Assembly: GCF_001457595.1 (NCBI RefSeq)
Contig: NZ_LN831039.1
Location: forward strand, 6,150,001-6,182,000
Origin: Mycolicibacterium smegmatis
Lineage (GTDB): Bacteria > Actinomycetota > Actinomycetes > Mycobacteriales > Mycobacteriaceae
Direction of reading: 5' to 3'
Length of the DNA: 32,000 nt
Shown piece after piece: positions 1-8,346 of the stretch (position 1 is the first letter of the stretch; every line of letters starts with the position of its first letter). The notes under the pieces were generated by a model. The model ran no database searches, was not told the DNA's origin, and worked only from the letters and a program-made list of their open reading frames with translations. A program made the translations under genes and the position numbers.

Positions 1-773
1 CCCGGCACCGCTCGGCCGAGCGCACCGCGATCCAGACCGGTTATCCCGTGATCTCGGTGAGCCACTCCATGAGCATCGTGACGGTCTACGTGGCAGGCGA
101 GCGGCACGTGGTGCCCGATTCGGCGACGATCCTGTCCCGGGCCAACCAGACCATCGCGACGCTGGAACGCTACAAGGGCAGGCTCGACGAGGTCAGCAGG
201 CAGCTCTCGACCGCCGAGATCGAGGACTTCGTGACGCTGCGCGACGTGATGACCGTCGTGCAGCGCCTGGAGATGGTGCGCCGCATCAGCCTGGAGATCG
301 ACGCCGACGTGGTGGAACTCGGCACCGACGGCCGCCAGCTCAAGCTGCAGCTCGACGAACTCGTCGGCGACAACGAGACCGCGCGCGAGCTGATCGTTCG
401 CGACTACCACGCCAACCCGGATCCGCCGACGGCCGCGCAGGTCGCCGCGACGCTCGAGGAGCTCGACTCGCTCAGCGACAGCGAACTGCTGGACTTCACG
501 GTGCTGGCACGCGTCTTCGGGTATCCGTCGACCGCCGAGGCCCAGGATTCGGCGATGAGCTCACGCGGTTACCGCGCGATGGCCGCGATCCCCCGGTTGC
601 AGTTCGCCCACGTCGACCTGCTGGTGCGTTCGTTCGGCTCGCTGCAGAACCTGCTGGCCGCCAGCGCCGACGATCTGCAGTCCGTCGACGGCATCGGTTC
701 GATGTGGGCACGCCACATCAGGGAAGGGCTCTCACTGCTGGCCGAGTCGACGATCGCCGACCGGCTGGCCTGA
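1..773 (+). CDS. disA: DNA integrity scanning protein DisA (diadenylate cyclase), C-terminal part; the 5' end lies outside the window
   Basis: The frame is open from the window edge (codon phase of nt 3) to TGA 771-773. The translation [30 protein letters not shown]... and the C-terminal helix-hairpin-helix [15 protein letters not shown] fit the DisA linker and HhH domains. Synteny with the Rv3587c, canB and mutY homologues matches M. tuberculosis Rv3586. Confidence 0.9.
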
Positions 774-774
774 A

Positions 775-1572
775 TTAGTTACCCGCGCCGGGGGCGTCCG
801 GGCCGGGTGCGCCGTCGGCAGGTGGCGCTGCCGGCTGCTGCGGATTCGCCTCGGCGAGGATGAACGGCACGGGCGCGGATCTGAGATTGCCCAGTTGCAC
901 CACGAGGTTGTAGGTGCCCGGACCGATCGGCTGGCGCGGCAGCGGGCACTGCGGCGCCGAACCCATACCGGTCCAGGTGACCTCGGTGGTCACCTGTTCA
1001 CCCGGGTTGAACGTCTTGACCAGCGTCTCGTTGGACGGCGCGCAGTCCAGGTTGGACCACAGCCGCGTGTTGTCGAGCGAGTAGACGTAGGCGGCCAGGA
1101 CCGCGGCGCCGACGTCGCGCTTGCACGCCACCAGACCGATGTTGGTGACCACCATGGTGAACTTCGGCTGATCGCCGACGACGTACTCGGGCTGGCTCGT
1201 GATGCCCTTGACCGCGAGCGTTGAGTCCGGGCAGTCGTCGCCCTCCTTGAGCACGGGCGGCGGCGTCACGGCCGCGGTCGGCGTGGGCGTCGGCGGTGGC
1301 GCGTGCTGCGCGGGCGGGACGATCGGCGTCTTGACGGCGGGGTCCTCGCCGGGCAGCGGCGTCGGAGGGGCGGCCTCCTGGGCCGCGGTCTCACTGGACT
1401 GATCGGCTGCGGTGTTCTCGGATCCCGAGCTGCTCTTGGTCATGATCACCGCGACTATCGCGGCGACAACCCCGACGACGACTACCGCGATACCGATAGC
1501 CAGCGCCCGGCGCCGCCAGTAAATCTGCGCGGGCAGGGGCCCCTGAGGTTCGAGATCCAACACGACTTTCAC
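775..1572 (-). CDS. Rv3587c-like membrane-anchored protein with an N-terminal TM helix, a Pro-rich linker and a Cys-containing globular C-terminal domain
   Basis: 265-codon ORF with a GTG start at 1572. It has a TM segment (ALAIGIAVVVVGVVAAIVAVI) and a Pro/Thr linker (PPAQHAPPPTPTPTAAVTPPP), followed by a domain with four Cys. Its position between disA and canB matches Rv3587c. The exact start is uncertain. Confidence 0.75.
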   Translation of the reverse strand: MKVVLDLEPQGPLPAQIYWRRRALAIGIAVVVVGVVAAIVAVIMTKSSSGSENTAADQSSETAAQEAAPPTPLPGEDPAVKTPIVPPAQHAPPPTPTPTAAVTPPPVLKEGDDCPDSTLAVKGITSQPEYVVGDQPKFTMVVTNIGLVACKRDVGAAVLAAYVYSLDNTRLWSNLDCAPSNETLVKTFNPGEQVTTEVTWTGMGSAPQCPLPRQPIGPGTYNLVVQLGNLRSAPVPFILAEANPQQPAAPPADGAPGPDAPGAGN

Positions 1573-1629
1573 GGTAAGCCCAGGTCATCCCCAGTTGCCC
1601 GAGGCGCCCCGGCGTGTCGCCGTCGGGTG

Positions 1630-2250
1630 TCAGACTTCGCCGATATCGCCCAGGTGGCTGCGCAACTCCACGTGTCCGTCCGCGAGGTGGTAGGTGGTGC
1701 CGACGATGGCCTGCGTACCGGCCGCGAGCCCCTGGGCAATCGCGGTCGAGCGCATCTGCAACTGCGCGACGGTCTCGTTGACGTGCTGGGCCTCGAACTC
1801 GTCGACACGGCTCAACCCGGCCTTGCGCCCCAACAGGATCGAGGGCGTCACACGCTCGACGATGTCGCGGACGAACCCGCTGGGCACCTCGCCCTCGTCG
1901 AGCGCGGACAGCGTCGCCTTGACCGCACCGCAGCTGTCATGGCCGAGCACCACGATGAGCGGCACCTTGAGCACCGTCACGGCGTACTCGATCGACCCGA
2001 GCACCGCGTTGTCGATGACGTGGCCCGCGGTACGCACCACGAACATGTCGCCGAGGCCCTGGTCGAACAGGATCTCTGCGGCGACGCGGCTGTCGCCGCA
2101 GCCGAACACCACCGCGGTGGGACGCTGCGCCTGGGTGAGGCTCGCGCGGCGCTCGATCCCCTGGCTGGGGTGCAGCGGTTGGCCCGCCACGAAACGGGCA
2201 TTACCGTCCTTGAGTGCTTTCCACGCTGCCACAGGACTTGAGTTCGGCAT
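1630..2250 (-). CDS. canB: beta-class carbonic anhydrase
   Basis: Zinc-ligand motifs CGDSR and HDSCGA are present. The N-terminus MPNSSPVAAWKALKDGNARFVAG matches the mycobacterial CanB (Rv3588c) start. I chose ATG at 2250 (206 aa) rather than the 251-aa track ORF, because the extension would run into mutY. Confidence 0.9.
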   Translation of the reverse strand: MPNSSPVAAWKALKDGNARFVAGQPLHPSQGIERRASLTQAQRPTAVVFGCGDSRVAAEILFDQGLGDMFVVRTAGHVIDNAVLGSIEYAVTVLKVPLIVVLGHDSCGAVKATLSALDEGEVPSGFVRDIVERVTPSILLGRKAGLSRVDEFEAQHVNETVAQLQMRSTAIAQGLAAGTQAIVGTTYHLADGHVELRSHLGDIGEV

Positions 2251-2275
2251 TTGTACATTCTGCCCTGAAGACGCG

Positions 2276-3157
2276 ATGAGCATCAGCCCGGTTGAACTTT
2301 TGAGTTGGTACGACCATGCGCGGCGGGATCTGCCGTGGCGGCGCCCCGGCGTGAGCGCCTGGCAGATCCTGGTCAGCGAGTTCATGCTTCAGCAAACCCC
2401 GGTGTCGCGGGTCGAGCCGATCTGGCAGGCCTGGATCGAGCGGTGGCCCACGCCGTCGGCCACGGCCGCCGCCGGACCGGCCGAGGTGCTGCGCGCGTGG
2501 GGAAAGCTCGGCTATCCGCGCCGGGCAAAGCGCCTGCACGAGTGCGCCGTGGTGATCGCATCCGAGTACGACGACGTCGTGCCGCGTGACGTCGACACCC
2601 TGCTCACCCTCCCCGGAATCGGCGCCTACACCGCGCGCGCCGTCGCGTGCTTCGCCTATCAGGCGAGCGTTCCGGTGGTCGACACCAACGTGCGCCGCGT
2701 CGTCACACGCGCGGTGCACGGCACGGCCGACGCACCGGCGAGCACGCGCGATCTCGACATGGTCGCCGCACTGCTGCCGCCCGACGACACCGCCCCGACG
2801 TTCTCGGTCGCACTCATGGAACTCGGCGCCACGGTGTGCACGGCACGCTCACCGCGCTGCGGCATCTGCCCGTTGAGCCATTGCCGCTGGCGCTCGGCCG
2901 GATTCCCGGCCGGCACGGTCACCCGCCGGGTGCAGCGCTATGCGGGCACCGACCGCCAGGTGCGCGGCAAGCTGCTGGATGTGTTGCGCGCCAGCACAAC
3001 TCCCGTGCCGCGCGCACAGTTGGACCTCGCGTGGCCGGCCGATCCCGCCCAGCGTGACCGCGCGCTGGACTCGCTGCTGGTGGATGGCCTGGTGGAGCAG
3101 ACGGCCGACGGCCGGTTCGCGCTCGCGGGCGAAGGCGAGACCGGAAGGCCGGCCTGA
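2276..3157 (+). CDS. mutY: adenine DNA glycosylase MutY (HhH-GPD family with an Fe-S cluster loop)
   Basis: Translation from ATG 2276 reads MSISPVELLSWYDHARRDLPWRRPGVSAWQILVSEFMLQQTPV, followed by an HhH motif (LPGIGAYTARAV) and the Cys loop CTARSPRCGICPLSHC. The 487-aa track ORF is an antisense-of-canB extension. The chosen 293 aa fits mycobacterial MutY length. Confidence 0.9.
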   Translation: MSISPVELLSWYDHARRDLPWRRPGVSAWQILVSEFMLQQTPVSRVEPIWQAWIERWPTPSATAAAGPAEVLRAWGKLGYPRRAKRLHECAVVIASEYDDVVPRDVDTLLTLPGIGAYTARAVACFAYQASVPVVDTNVRRVVTRAVHGTADAPASTRDLDMVAALLPPDDTAPTFSVALMELGATVCTARSPRCGICPLSHCRWRSAGFPAGTVTRRVQRYAGTDRQVRGKLLDVLRASTTPVPRAQLDLAWPADPAQRDRALDSLLVDGLVEQTADGRFALAGEGETGRPA

Positions 3158-3164
3158 GCGCGGC

Positions 3165-4175
3165 CTAGGCCGTCGCCTCCACCATCTCCCTGGCCAGATC
3201 ACCGGCGCAGACGGCGTTGGAAGTGCCTGAGCCGCATGCGAACCGGCGACGGTAGTCCGACGGTGTCACGCCGATGAGCCTGCGGAAGTGGTGGCGCAGC
3301 AGCGTCGAGGTGCCGAAGCCGGCCTGCCCGGCGATCCAGTCGATGTCGAGGTCGGTCTCTTCGAGCAGACGACGCGCATACAGCACGCGCTGATCGGTGA
3401 TCCACTGCATGGGCGTGGTGCCGGTCTCCTCGACGAAACGGCGCGCGAAGGTGCGCGTGGACATCGCGGCCCGCTTGGCCAGGCTCGCGACGGTGTGCGG
3501 CTTGTCGAGGTTGGCGACGATCCAGTCGAGGTGCGGGGCGAACCGGTCCGAGCACCGGACCGGAACCGGCTGGTCGATGAACTGGCGCTGCCCGCCGTCG
3601 CGGTGCGGCGGCACGACCATGCGGCGCGCGATCTTGTTGGTGACCTCGCTGCCGAGCTCGCGCCGCACGAGGTGCAGGCACGCATCGATACCCGCCGCGG
3701 TACCCGCACTGGTGATCAGGTTGCCGTCGTCGACGTAGAGCACGTTGCGGTCGACCCGGGCAGTCGGGTACCGCCGCGCCAACTCGTCGGCGTGCATCCA
3801 GTGCGTGGTGCACGGTCTGCCGTCGAGCAGGCCCGCCGCACCCGCGACGAATGCCCCCGAGCACACCGTCAGGATGATCGACCCGGAATCGGCCGCGGCA
3901 CGCACCGCCTCGAGGGCCGCAGGCAGATATTCGTCGCTGCCGATCGCGGGGATCGCGACCAGATCGACACCCACCAGGTCTTCCAGACCATGGTCGGGCG
4001 TGAGCGTGGCCCCGACCGACGTACTCAGCGGCTTGCCTGCTTCGGGCCCGCAGACCTTGAAGTCGAAGTTCGGCACACCGTCGCCGCTGCGGTCGATACC
4101 GAACACCTCGCAGATCACGCCGAACTCGAACATCGCGAGGCGATCCAGCGCGAGCACGGACACACTTTTGAGCAT
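3165..4175 (-). CDS. GlxA-family transcriptional regulator with an N-terminal DJ-1/PfpI (GATase1-like) domain and a C-terminal AraC-type HTH
   Basis: 336-aa ORF with an ATG start. The nucleophile-elbow-like TVCSGAF lies in the N-terminal half. The C-terminal half has a dual HTH typical of AraC (SLAKRAAMSTRTFARRFVEETGTTPMQWI ... IAGQAGFGTSTLLRHHFRRLIGVTPSDYRRRF). Confidence 0.85.
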   Translation of the reverse strand: MLKSVSVLALDRLAMFEFGVICEVFGIDRSGDGVPNFDFKVCGPEAGKPLSTSVGATLTPDHGLEDLVGVDLVAIPAIGSDEYLPAALEAVRAAADSGSIILTVCSGAFVAGAAGLLDGRPCTTHWMHADELARRYPTARVDRNVLYVDDGNLITSAGTAAGIDACLHLVRRELGSEVTNKIARRMVVPPHRDGGQRQFIDQPVPVRCSDRFAPHLDWIVANLDKPHTVASLAKRAAMSTRTFARRFVEETGTTPMQWITDQRVLYARRLLEETDLDIDWIAGQAGFGTSTLLRHHFRRLIGVTPSDYRRRFACGSGTSNAVCAGDLAREMVEATA

Positions 4176-4247
4176 GGCAGCATTTTATCTGAATATGTCG
4201 CCCCTGCCACTGTTGGCGGTATCCAGGTGCGGCCAACAATTACTGCC

Positions 4248-4502
4248 ATGAATGTCGTCATCGCTCTGCTGATCCTGGCCGCACCCGTTGCGGTGGCCGT
4301 GACACTGGGCTGGGCGGCCCACCGCGGCAACGTTTTACGGTTCGACCTCGCCCAGTTCCGGGTCGGCGTTCCACTCGCCGGCCGCTTCGACACCCCCGAC
4401 GCCGACGCATACCGTGCCGCGCACGACGCCGAGGCCATCCGCAGCCGTTTCGAGCAGCACCCGGTGTGGCCGTCAGCCGGCGTTCTCGGCGAGCGCCGCT
4501 AG
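4248..4502 (+). CDS. hypothetical small membrane protein (84 aa)
   Basis: The ATG at 4248 lies 72 nt from the divergent regulator start. There is an N-terminal TM helix (MNVVIALLILAAPVAVAVTLGWAA). By my hand count 71 of 85 codons end in G/C, which is coding-like for this genome. It is the only sensible ORF filling 4176-4472. I recognise no family. Confidence 0.45.
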   Translation: MNVVIALLILAAPVAVAVTLGWAAHRGNVLRFDLAQFRVGVPLAGRFDTPDADAYRAAHDAEAIRSRFEQHPVWPSAGVLGERR

Positions 4503-5246
4503 GAATTTCGTGACCGCGGCCTGATACACCTCGGGCTGGTCATCGTGGATCAGATGACCGGCGTCGGCGACGTACAGGTACGTGGTCCGAGCGCCGGTCT
4601 CGGCCATCTGCCGCATCTGACCGGCCGGTGCCACCGAGTTGGCCGCCTCCAGCAGCAGCGTCGGCGCCGCGACGTCACGCCACTGCTGCCAGTAGCCCCG
4701 TCGCCCCCACTCCGCGGCGATGTCGATCCACCACTGCGGATGCCCGTGCAACCGCCACCCGGTCGGCGTCCGGTCGAAGGCTTCGAGGAAGTACTGGCCC
4801 GCGACGGGGCCGAACTCGTCGTAAACCGCTTGCGCAGAAGCGAATTCGACCGGGAGCGCATGTACCCACGGTTCCCACGGACCCGTGGTGCGGCCACGGA
4901 AGTCCGGGGCCATGTCCTCCACCACGACGGCGGTCACCAGGTCGGGCCGCGCCGCCGCGAGGCACCACGAGTGCAACGCACCCATCGAATGCCCGATCAG
5001 GATCGCCGGGCGCCCGAGTGCGCCGACCGCGTCGGTCAGGTCCTCGACGAAACGCTCGGTGCTGATCGGATGCGGGTCGGCGACGCCGCGGCCGCGGTGC
5101 CACGGCGCGTCGTAGGTGTATACCTCGCCCAGCCCGGTCAACCACGGCAGTTGACGCGACCACGTGGTGCCGCGGCCCATCAACCCGTGCACCAGCACGA
5201 TCGGTTCGCCGTGGCCGCCGCGGGCGGTGAGGAGATCTGTGACCAT
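4473..5246 (-). CDS. alpha/beta-fold hydrolase (Rv3591c-like)
   Basis: Translation from ATG 5246 reads MVTDLLTARGGHGEPIVLVHGLMGRGTTW, with the nucleophile elbow GHSMG and a C-terminal catalytic His context (DAGHLIHDD). The 257 aa matches Rv3591c length. The 391-aa track ORF is an upstream extension running antisense through mhuD. Confidence 0.85.
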   Translation of the reverse strand: MVTDLLTARGGHGEPIVLVHGLMGRGTTWSRQLPWLTGLGEVYTYDAPWHRGRGVADPHPISTERFVEDLTDAVGALGRPAILIGHSMGALHSWCLAAARPDLVTAVVVEDMAPDFRGRTTGPWEPWVHALPVEFASAQAVYDEFGPVAGQYFLEAFDRTPTGWRLHGHPQWWIDIAAEWGRRGYWQQWRDVAAPTLLLEAANSVAPAGQMRQMAETGARTTYLYVADAGHLIHDDQPEVYQAAVTKFLAALAENAG

Positions 5247-5285
5247 GTCGTTATCTTGCCGTCGGATCACGCTACCCTGAACGGC

Positions 5286-5603
5286 ATGCCCGTCGTGAAG
5301 ATCAACGCCATCGAGGTCCCGCCGAACGCCGGACCCGAGCTTGAGAAACGGTTCGCCCACCGCGCGCACGCCGTCGACAATCAGCCGGGCTTCCTCGGTT
5401 TCCAGCTGCTGCGCCCGGTCAAGGGCGAGACCCGCTACTTCGTGGTGACCCAGTGGGAGTCCGAGGAGGCGTTCCAGGCGTGGGCCACCGGCCCGGCGAT
5501 CGAGGCGCACAAGGGCGAGCAGCGCAACCCGGTGGCCACCGGGGCAAGCCTCCTGGAGTTCGAGGTTGTGTTGGACGTTGCGGGGTCGGGCGACAAGGCG
5601 TAG
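5286..5603 (+). CDS. mhuD: heme-degrading monooxygenase MhuD (ABM/IsdG family)
   Basis: The 105-aa product MPVVKINAIEVPPNAGPELEKRFAHRAHAVDNQPGFLGFQLLRP...TQWESEEAFQAW...IEAHKG is a single ABM domain with the conserved Asn, Trp and His positions. It is syntenic with Rv3592, between the hydrolase and lpqF. Confidence 0.9.
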   Translation: MPVVKINAIEVPPNAGPELEKRFAHRAHAVDNQPGFLGFQLLRPVKGETRYFVVTQWESEEAFQAWATGPAIEAHKGEQRNPVATGASLLEFEVVLDVAGSGDKA

Positions 5604-6966
5604 CCCAGGCCGGGCACTTCGGCCCGCTGCCGGCCTGACGGCCGTCATGGCGGTCGTCGCGGCCCTGGCCTGCGGCTGTTCAGAACGTTCGGCCCCTGCG
5701 GCCGAGGTGTCATACGGCGCTCACATCGACACCAACACCCCGCCTGGTCTGCGCGCCAAGCAGACCATGGACATGCTCAACTCGGATTGGCCGATCGGTC
5801 CGGTGAGTGTGGGCACGCTCGCGTCGCCCGAGAAGATCGACGACGTGGGCGTCAAGATGGACACCATCTGGTGGGACCGCCCGTTCAAGGTCACCTCTGT
5901 GGAGATCGGCGCGGGTCAGGCGACGCTGCATGTGCTCACGTCGTACAACGTCGCGCAGAACATCGAACTGCGCACCAACGACGCGGGCCTGGTGGACCGT
6001 TTCGAGGTGAACCTCGAACCGCCGGTCATCAACGGGTGGTCGGATATCGACAAGGAGATCGCCAAGACCGGCGCGCGGTACTCGTACCAGGTGTCCAAGG
6101 TGCGTCCCGGCGCCGAGGCCACCGACGCGTGCGAGGTGGTCGCGGGCACCAACACCGACCTGTCGCTGCCTCTGGCGTCGATCTTCAAACTCTATGTGCT
6201 GCTTGCGGTCTCCGACGCGATCAAAGAGGGCACGCTGAGCTGGGACGACAAGCTGACCATCACCAAGGACGGCAAGGCACTCGGTTCGGCGGGCCTGGAC
6301 AAGCTGCCGCCGGGCGCACAGATCACGGTGCGCACCGCGGCACAGCAGATGATCTCGGCCAGCGACAACATGGCAACCGACCTGCTCATCGGGCGCGTGG
6401 GCACCGGTGCGGTGGAGCGTGCGCTGGTGACCGCTGGTCACCACGATCCGGCCAGCATGACGCCGTTCCCGACGATGCATCAGGTGTTCTCGGTCGGCTG
6501 GGGCGAACCGAACCTGCGCGAGCAGTGGAAGAACGCGTCGCGCGAGGACCGCATCAAGCTGTTGCAGCAGACGGATTCCCGCCCGTACCAACCTGATCCG
6601 AACCGCACCCACAGCCCCGGCTCGACCGACGGGCTGGAGTGGTACGGCAGCGCGCAGGACATCTGCCGCGTGCACGCCGCTCTGCAGGCCTCAGCGGTGG
6701 GTCCGGCCGCACCGGTCAAGGACATCCTGTCCGCGCTGCCCGGCATCGACCTGGACCCGGCGAAGTGGACCTACATCGGCGCCAAGGGCGGCAACCTGCC
6801 CGGCGATCTGACGTTCAGTTGGTACGCGGTGGACCACACCGGGCAACCGTGGGTCGTGAGCTTCCAGTTGAACTGGCCGCAGTTCCGCAGTTCGACCGCG
6901 GCGGGCTGGCTGCTGCAGATCGCCAAGCGGGCCTTCGCGCTCGCGCCCGTGGGCCGGCTCCACTGA
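5566..6966 (+). CDS. lpqF: lipoprotein LpqF, a serine beta-lactamase-like (class A fold) domain protein
   Basis: An Arg-rich n-region and hydrophobic core end in the lipobox-like LACGC (compare LASGC remembered for Rv3593). The C-terminal half carries SIFK (SxxK), SDN (ISASDNMATD) and KGG (IGAKGGNL) in class-A order. The start is uncertain: ATG 5566 overlaps mhuD by 38 nt, and TTG 5578 or ATG 5647 are alternatives. Confidence 0.8.
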   Translation: MCWTLRGRATRRSPGRALRPAAGLTAVMAVVAALACGCSERSAPAAEVSYGAHIDTNTPPGLRAKQTMDMLNSDWPIGPVSVGTLASPEKIDDVGVKMDTIWWDRPFKVTSVEIGAGQATLHVLTSYNVAQNIELRTNDAGLVDRFEVNLEPPVINGWSDIDKEIAKTGARYSYQVSKVRPGAEATDACEVVAGTNTDLSLPLASIFKLYVLLAVSDAIKEGTLSWDDKLTITKDGKALGSAGLDKLPPGAQITVRTAAQQMISASDNMATDLLIGRVGTGAVERALVTAGHHDPASMTPFPTMHQVFSVGWGEPNLREQWKNASREDRIKLLQQTDSRPYQPDPNRTHSPGSTDGLEWYGSAQDICRVHAALQASAVGPAAPVKDILSALPGIDLDPAKWTYIGAKGGNLPGDLTFSWYAVDHTGQPWVVSFQLNWPQFRSSTAAGWLLQIAKRAFALAPVGRLH

Positions 6967-6970
6967 CCCG

Positions 6971-7519
6971 TCAGCTGCTCCGCAACGTCCAGGCATCGGC
7001 GCGGTGATGCAGCACCGTCCGGCTGACCGGCGCGATGTCGATGCGCCAGAAGGATCTGGGCGGCGCGTCGAGTGCCATCAGGATCACCGCGCGGACCACG
7101 GCGGGATGCGTCACGGCGATCACCTTGCCGTGACGCGTCGACGCGGTCTGCAGCCAGCGCCGGACGCGCTCGACGAGGTCGACGATCGACTCGCCGCCGT
7201 GCGGGGCGCGGGCCGGGTCGGTGAGCCAGACCGCGAGCTCCCCTGGATCGATGTCACCGAGTGAATTGCCCCGCCAGCAGCCGTGGTCCAGATCGGCCAG
7301 TTCGGGAAGCGCCTGCGCCTGCAGACCGAGCCGCTCGGCGGTCTGCCTGGTGCGCGTCTCGGGCCCGCAGAACGCGAAGTCGAAGTCGTTGCCGATGCCG
7401 GCGGCGTCGACCTGCCGGTGGCCCAGGTCGTTGAGAGGTTCGTCGGCGGGGAATCGCCCGGCTGCCACCGCATCGGTCATCGCATGCGCGACCAGCGACA
7501 GCCGGACGACCTCACTCAC
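6971..7519 (-). CDS. histidine phosphatase superfamily protein (phosphoglycerate mutase-like or CobC-like) with a variant AHA in place of RHG
   Basis: GTG 7519 overlaps the cbtA stop as GTGA. The 182-aa product VSEVVRLSLVAHAMTD...GPETRTRQTAE...PHGGESIVDLVERV...VIAVTHPAVVRAVI shows the family's four conserved blocks. The 326-aa track ORF is an extension running through cbtA. Confidence 0.75.
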   Translation of the reverse strand: MSEVVRLSLVAHAMTDAVAAGRFPADEPLNDLGHRQVDAAGIGNDFDFAFCGPETRTRQTAERLGLQAQALPELADLDHGCWRGNSLGDIDPGELAVWLTDPARAPHGGESIVDLVERVRRWLQTASTRHGKVIAVTHPAVVRAVILMALDAPPRSFWRIDIAPVSRTVLHHRADAWTLRSS

Positions 7520-8322
7520 GCCGGAATCTGATCCTGCTGTTTCTGGTCGAGCAGACGCGAGACCAACGCCGCGAACACCAGGCCGATGGTCGTCCACATG
7601 ACGACCTGGGTGCCCAGGGAGTACAGCCGGAACTCGTACAGCAGATCGGCCGAGAAGCCTTCGAGCAGCACGTTGCCCTCGGCGTCGGTGATCGGTCCAG
7701 GTGTCTCGGAGATGGTCGGCAGCAGCAGGAACATCACCGCAACCGACACCACGTAATCGGCGGCGCCGATCAGCGCGGCGTTCCAGGCCCCGAACTTCGG
7801 CGTCAACTTGCGGGCCAGCATCACCGACCCGACCAGCAGCGCCGCCGAGAGGACCGTCACCAACAGGTACAGCAACGTGCGCTGCTGGATCGTCTCGTCC
7901 AGGCTGAGCGCGGGAGGACTCGGCGGGTACTTCAGCGCGGGCACGATCCACAGCGCGATCAGCATGCCGCCGGCCAGCAGCGCGCCTGTGGCACGCGCGG
8001 ACAGGCTGCCGATGCGCCCGTAGGCCACGCAGAACAACACCGCGAGCAGTGCGCCCATCGCGACACCGAACGCGACCACACCGAAGCCCAGGCCGATCGT
8101 GGACTGCACGGTGCGGGTGATCTCGAACCCGCCCCCACCGCCGTGGTCGTGCACATGCGCATGACCGCCGTGCTCAGCCGCCTGGTGGGCCGCGCTGACC
8201 GCGTCCTCGTAGTCGATGGCCCGGTTGATCAGCGGTTCGATGAAGATCCAGGACCAGACGAAAGCGAGCACGCCACCGAGGGCGCCGGCGACGAGGCCGC
8301 GCCCGATGATGTGTTTTTCCAT
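7516..8322 (-). CDS. cbtA: putative cobalt transporter subunit CbtA
   Basis: A 268-aa polytopic membrane protein with a His-rich loop (AAHQAAEHGGHAHVHDHGGGGG). It lies immediately downstream of cbtB and behind a cobalamin riboswitch, which is the classic CbtAB arrangement. Confidence 0.8.
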   Translation of the reverse strand: MEKHIIGRGLVAGALGGVLAFVWSWIFIEPLINRAIDYEDAVSAAHQAAEHGGHAHVHDHGGGGGFEITRTVQSTIGLGFGVVAFGVAMGALLAVLFCVAYGRIGSLSARATGALLAGGMLIALWIVPALKYPPSPPALSLDETIQQRTLLYLLVTVLSAALLVGSVMLARKLTPKFGAWNAALIGAADYVVSVAVMFLLLPTISETPGPITDAEGNVLLEGFSADLLYEFRLYSLGTQVVMWTTIGLVFAALVSRLLDQKQQDQIPA

Positions 8323-8346
8323 CGGAGTGTTATCGGCTTCCGACGG

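Noticed and set aside
1694-2275. Long N-terminal extensions suggested by the ORF track: mutY 487 aa, canB 251 aa, hydrolase 391 aa, histidine phosphatase 326 aa, DUF3180 351 aa, folP 398 aa, folE 361 aa, HExxH protease 415 aa.
   Set aside because: The extensions are Arg/Pro/Gly-rich and run through the neighbouring gene. They begin upstream of start codons that give 4-nt stop/start overlaps or reproduce the N-termini and lengths of mycobacterial homologues.
5247-5285. Looked for an IdeR (iron box) or other palindromic operator in the 39-bp divergent spacer between the hydrolase and the heme oxygenase gene mhuD.
   Set aside because: I could find nothing resembling the TTAGGTTAGGCTAACCTAA-type iron box or any clear inverted repeat.
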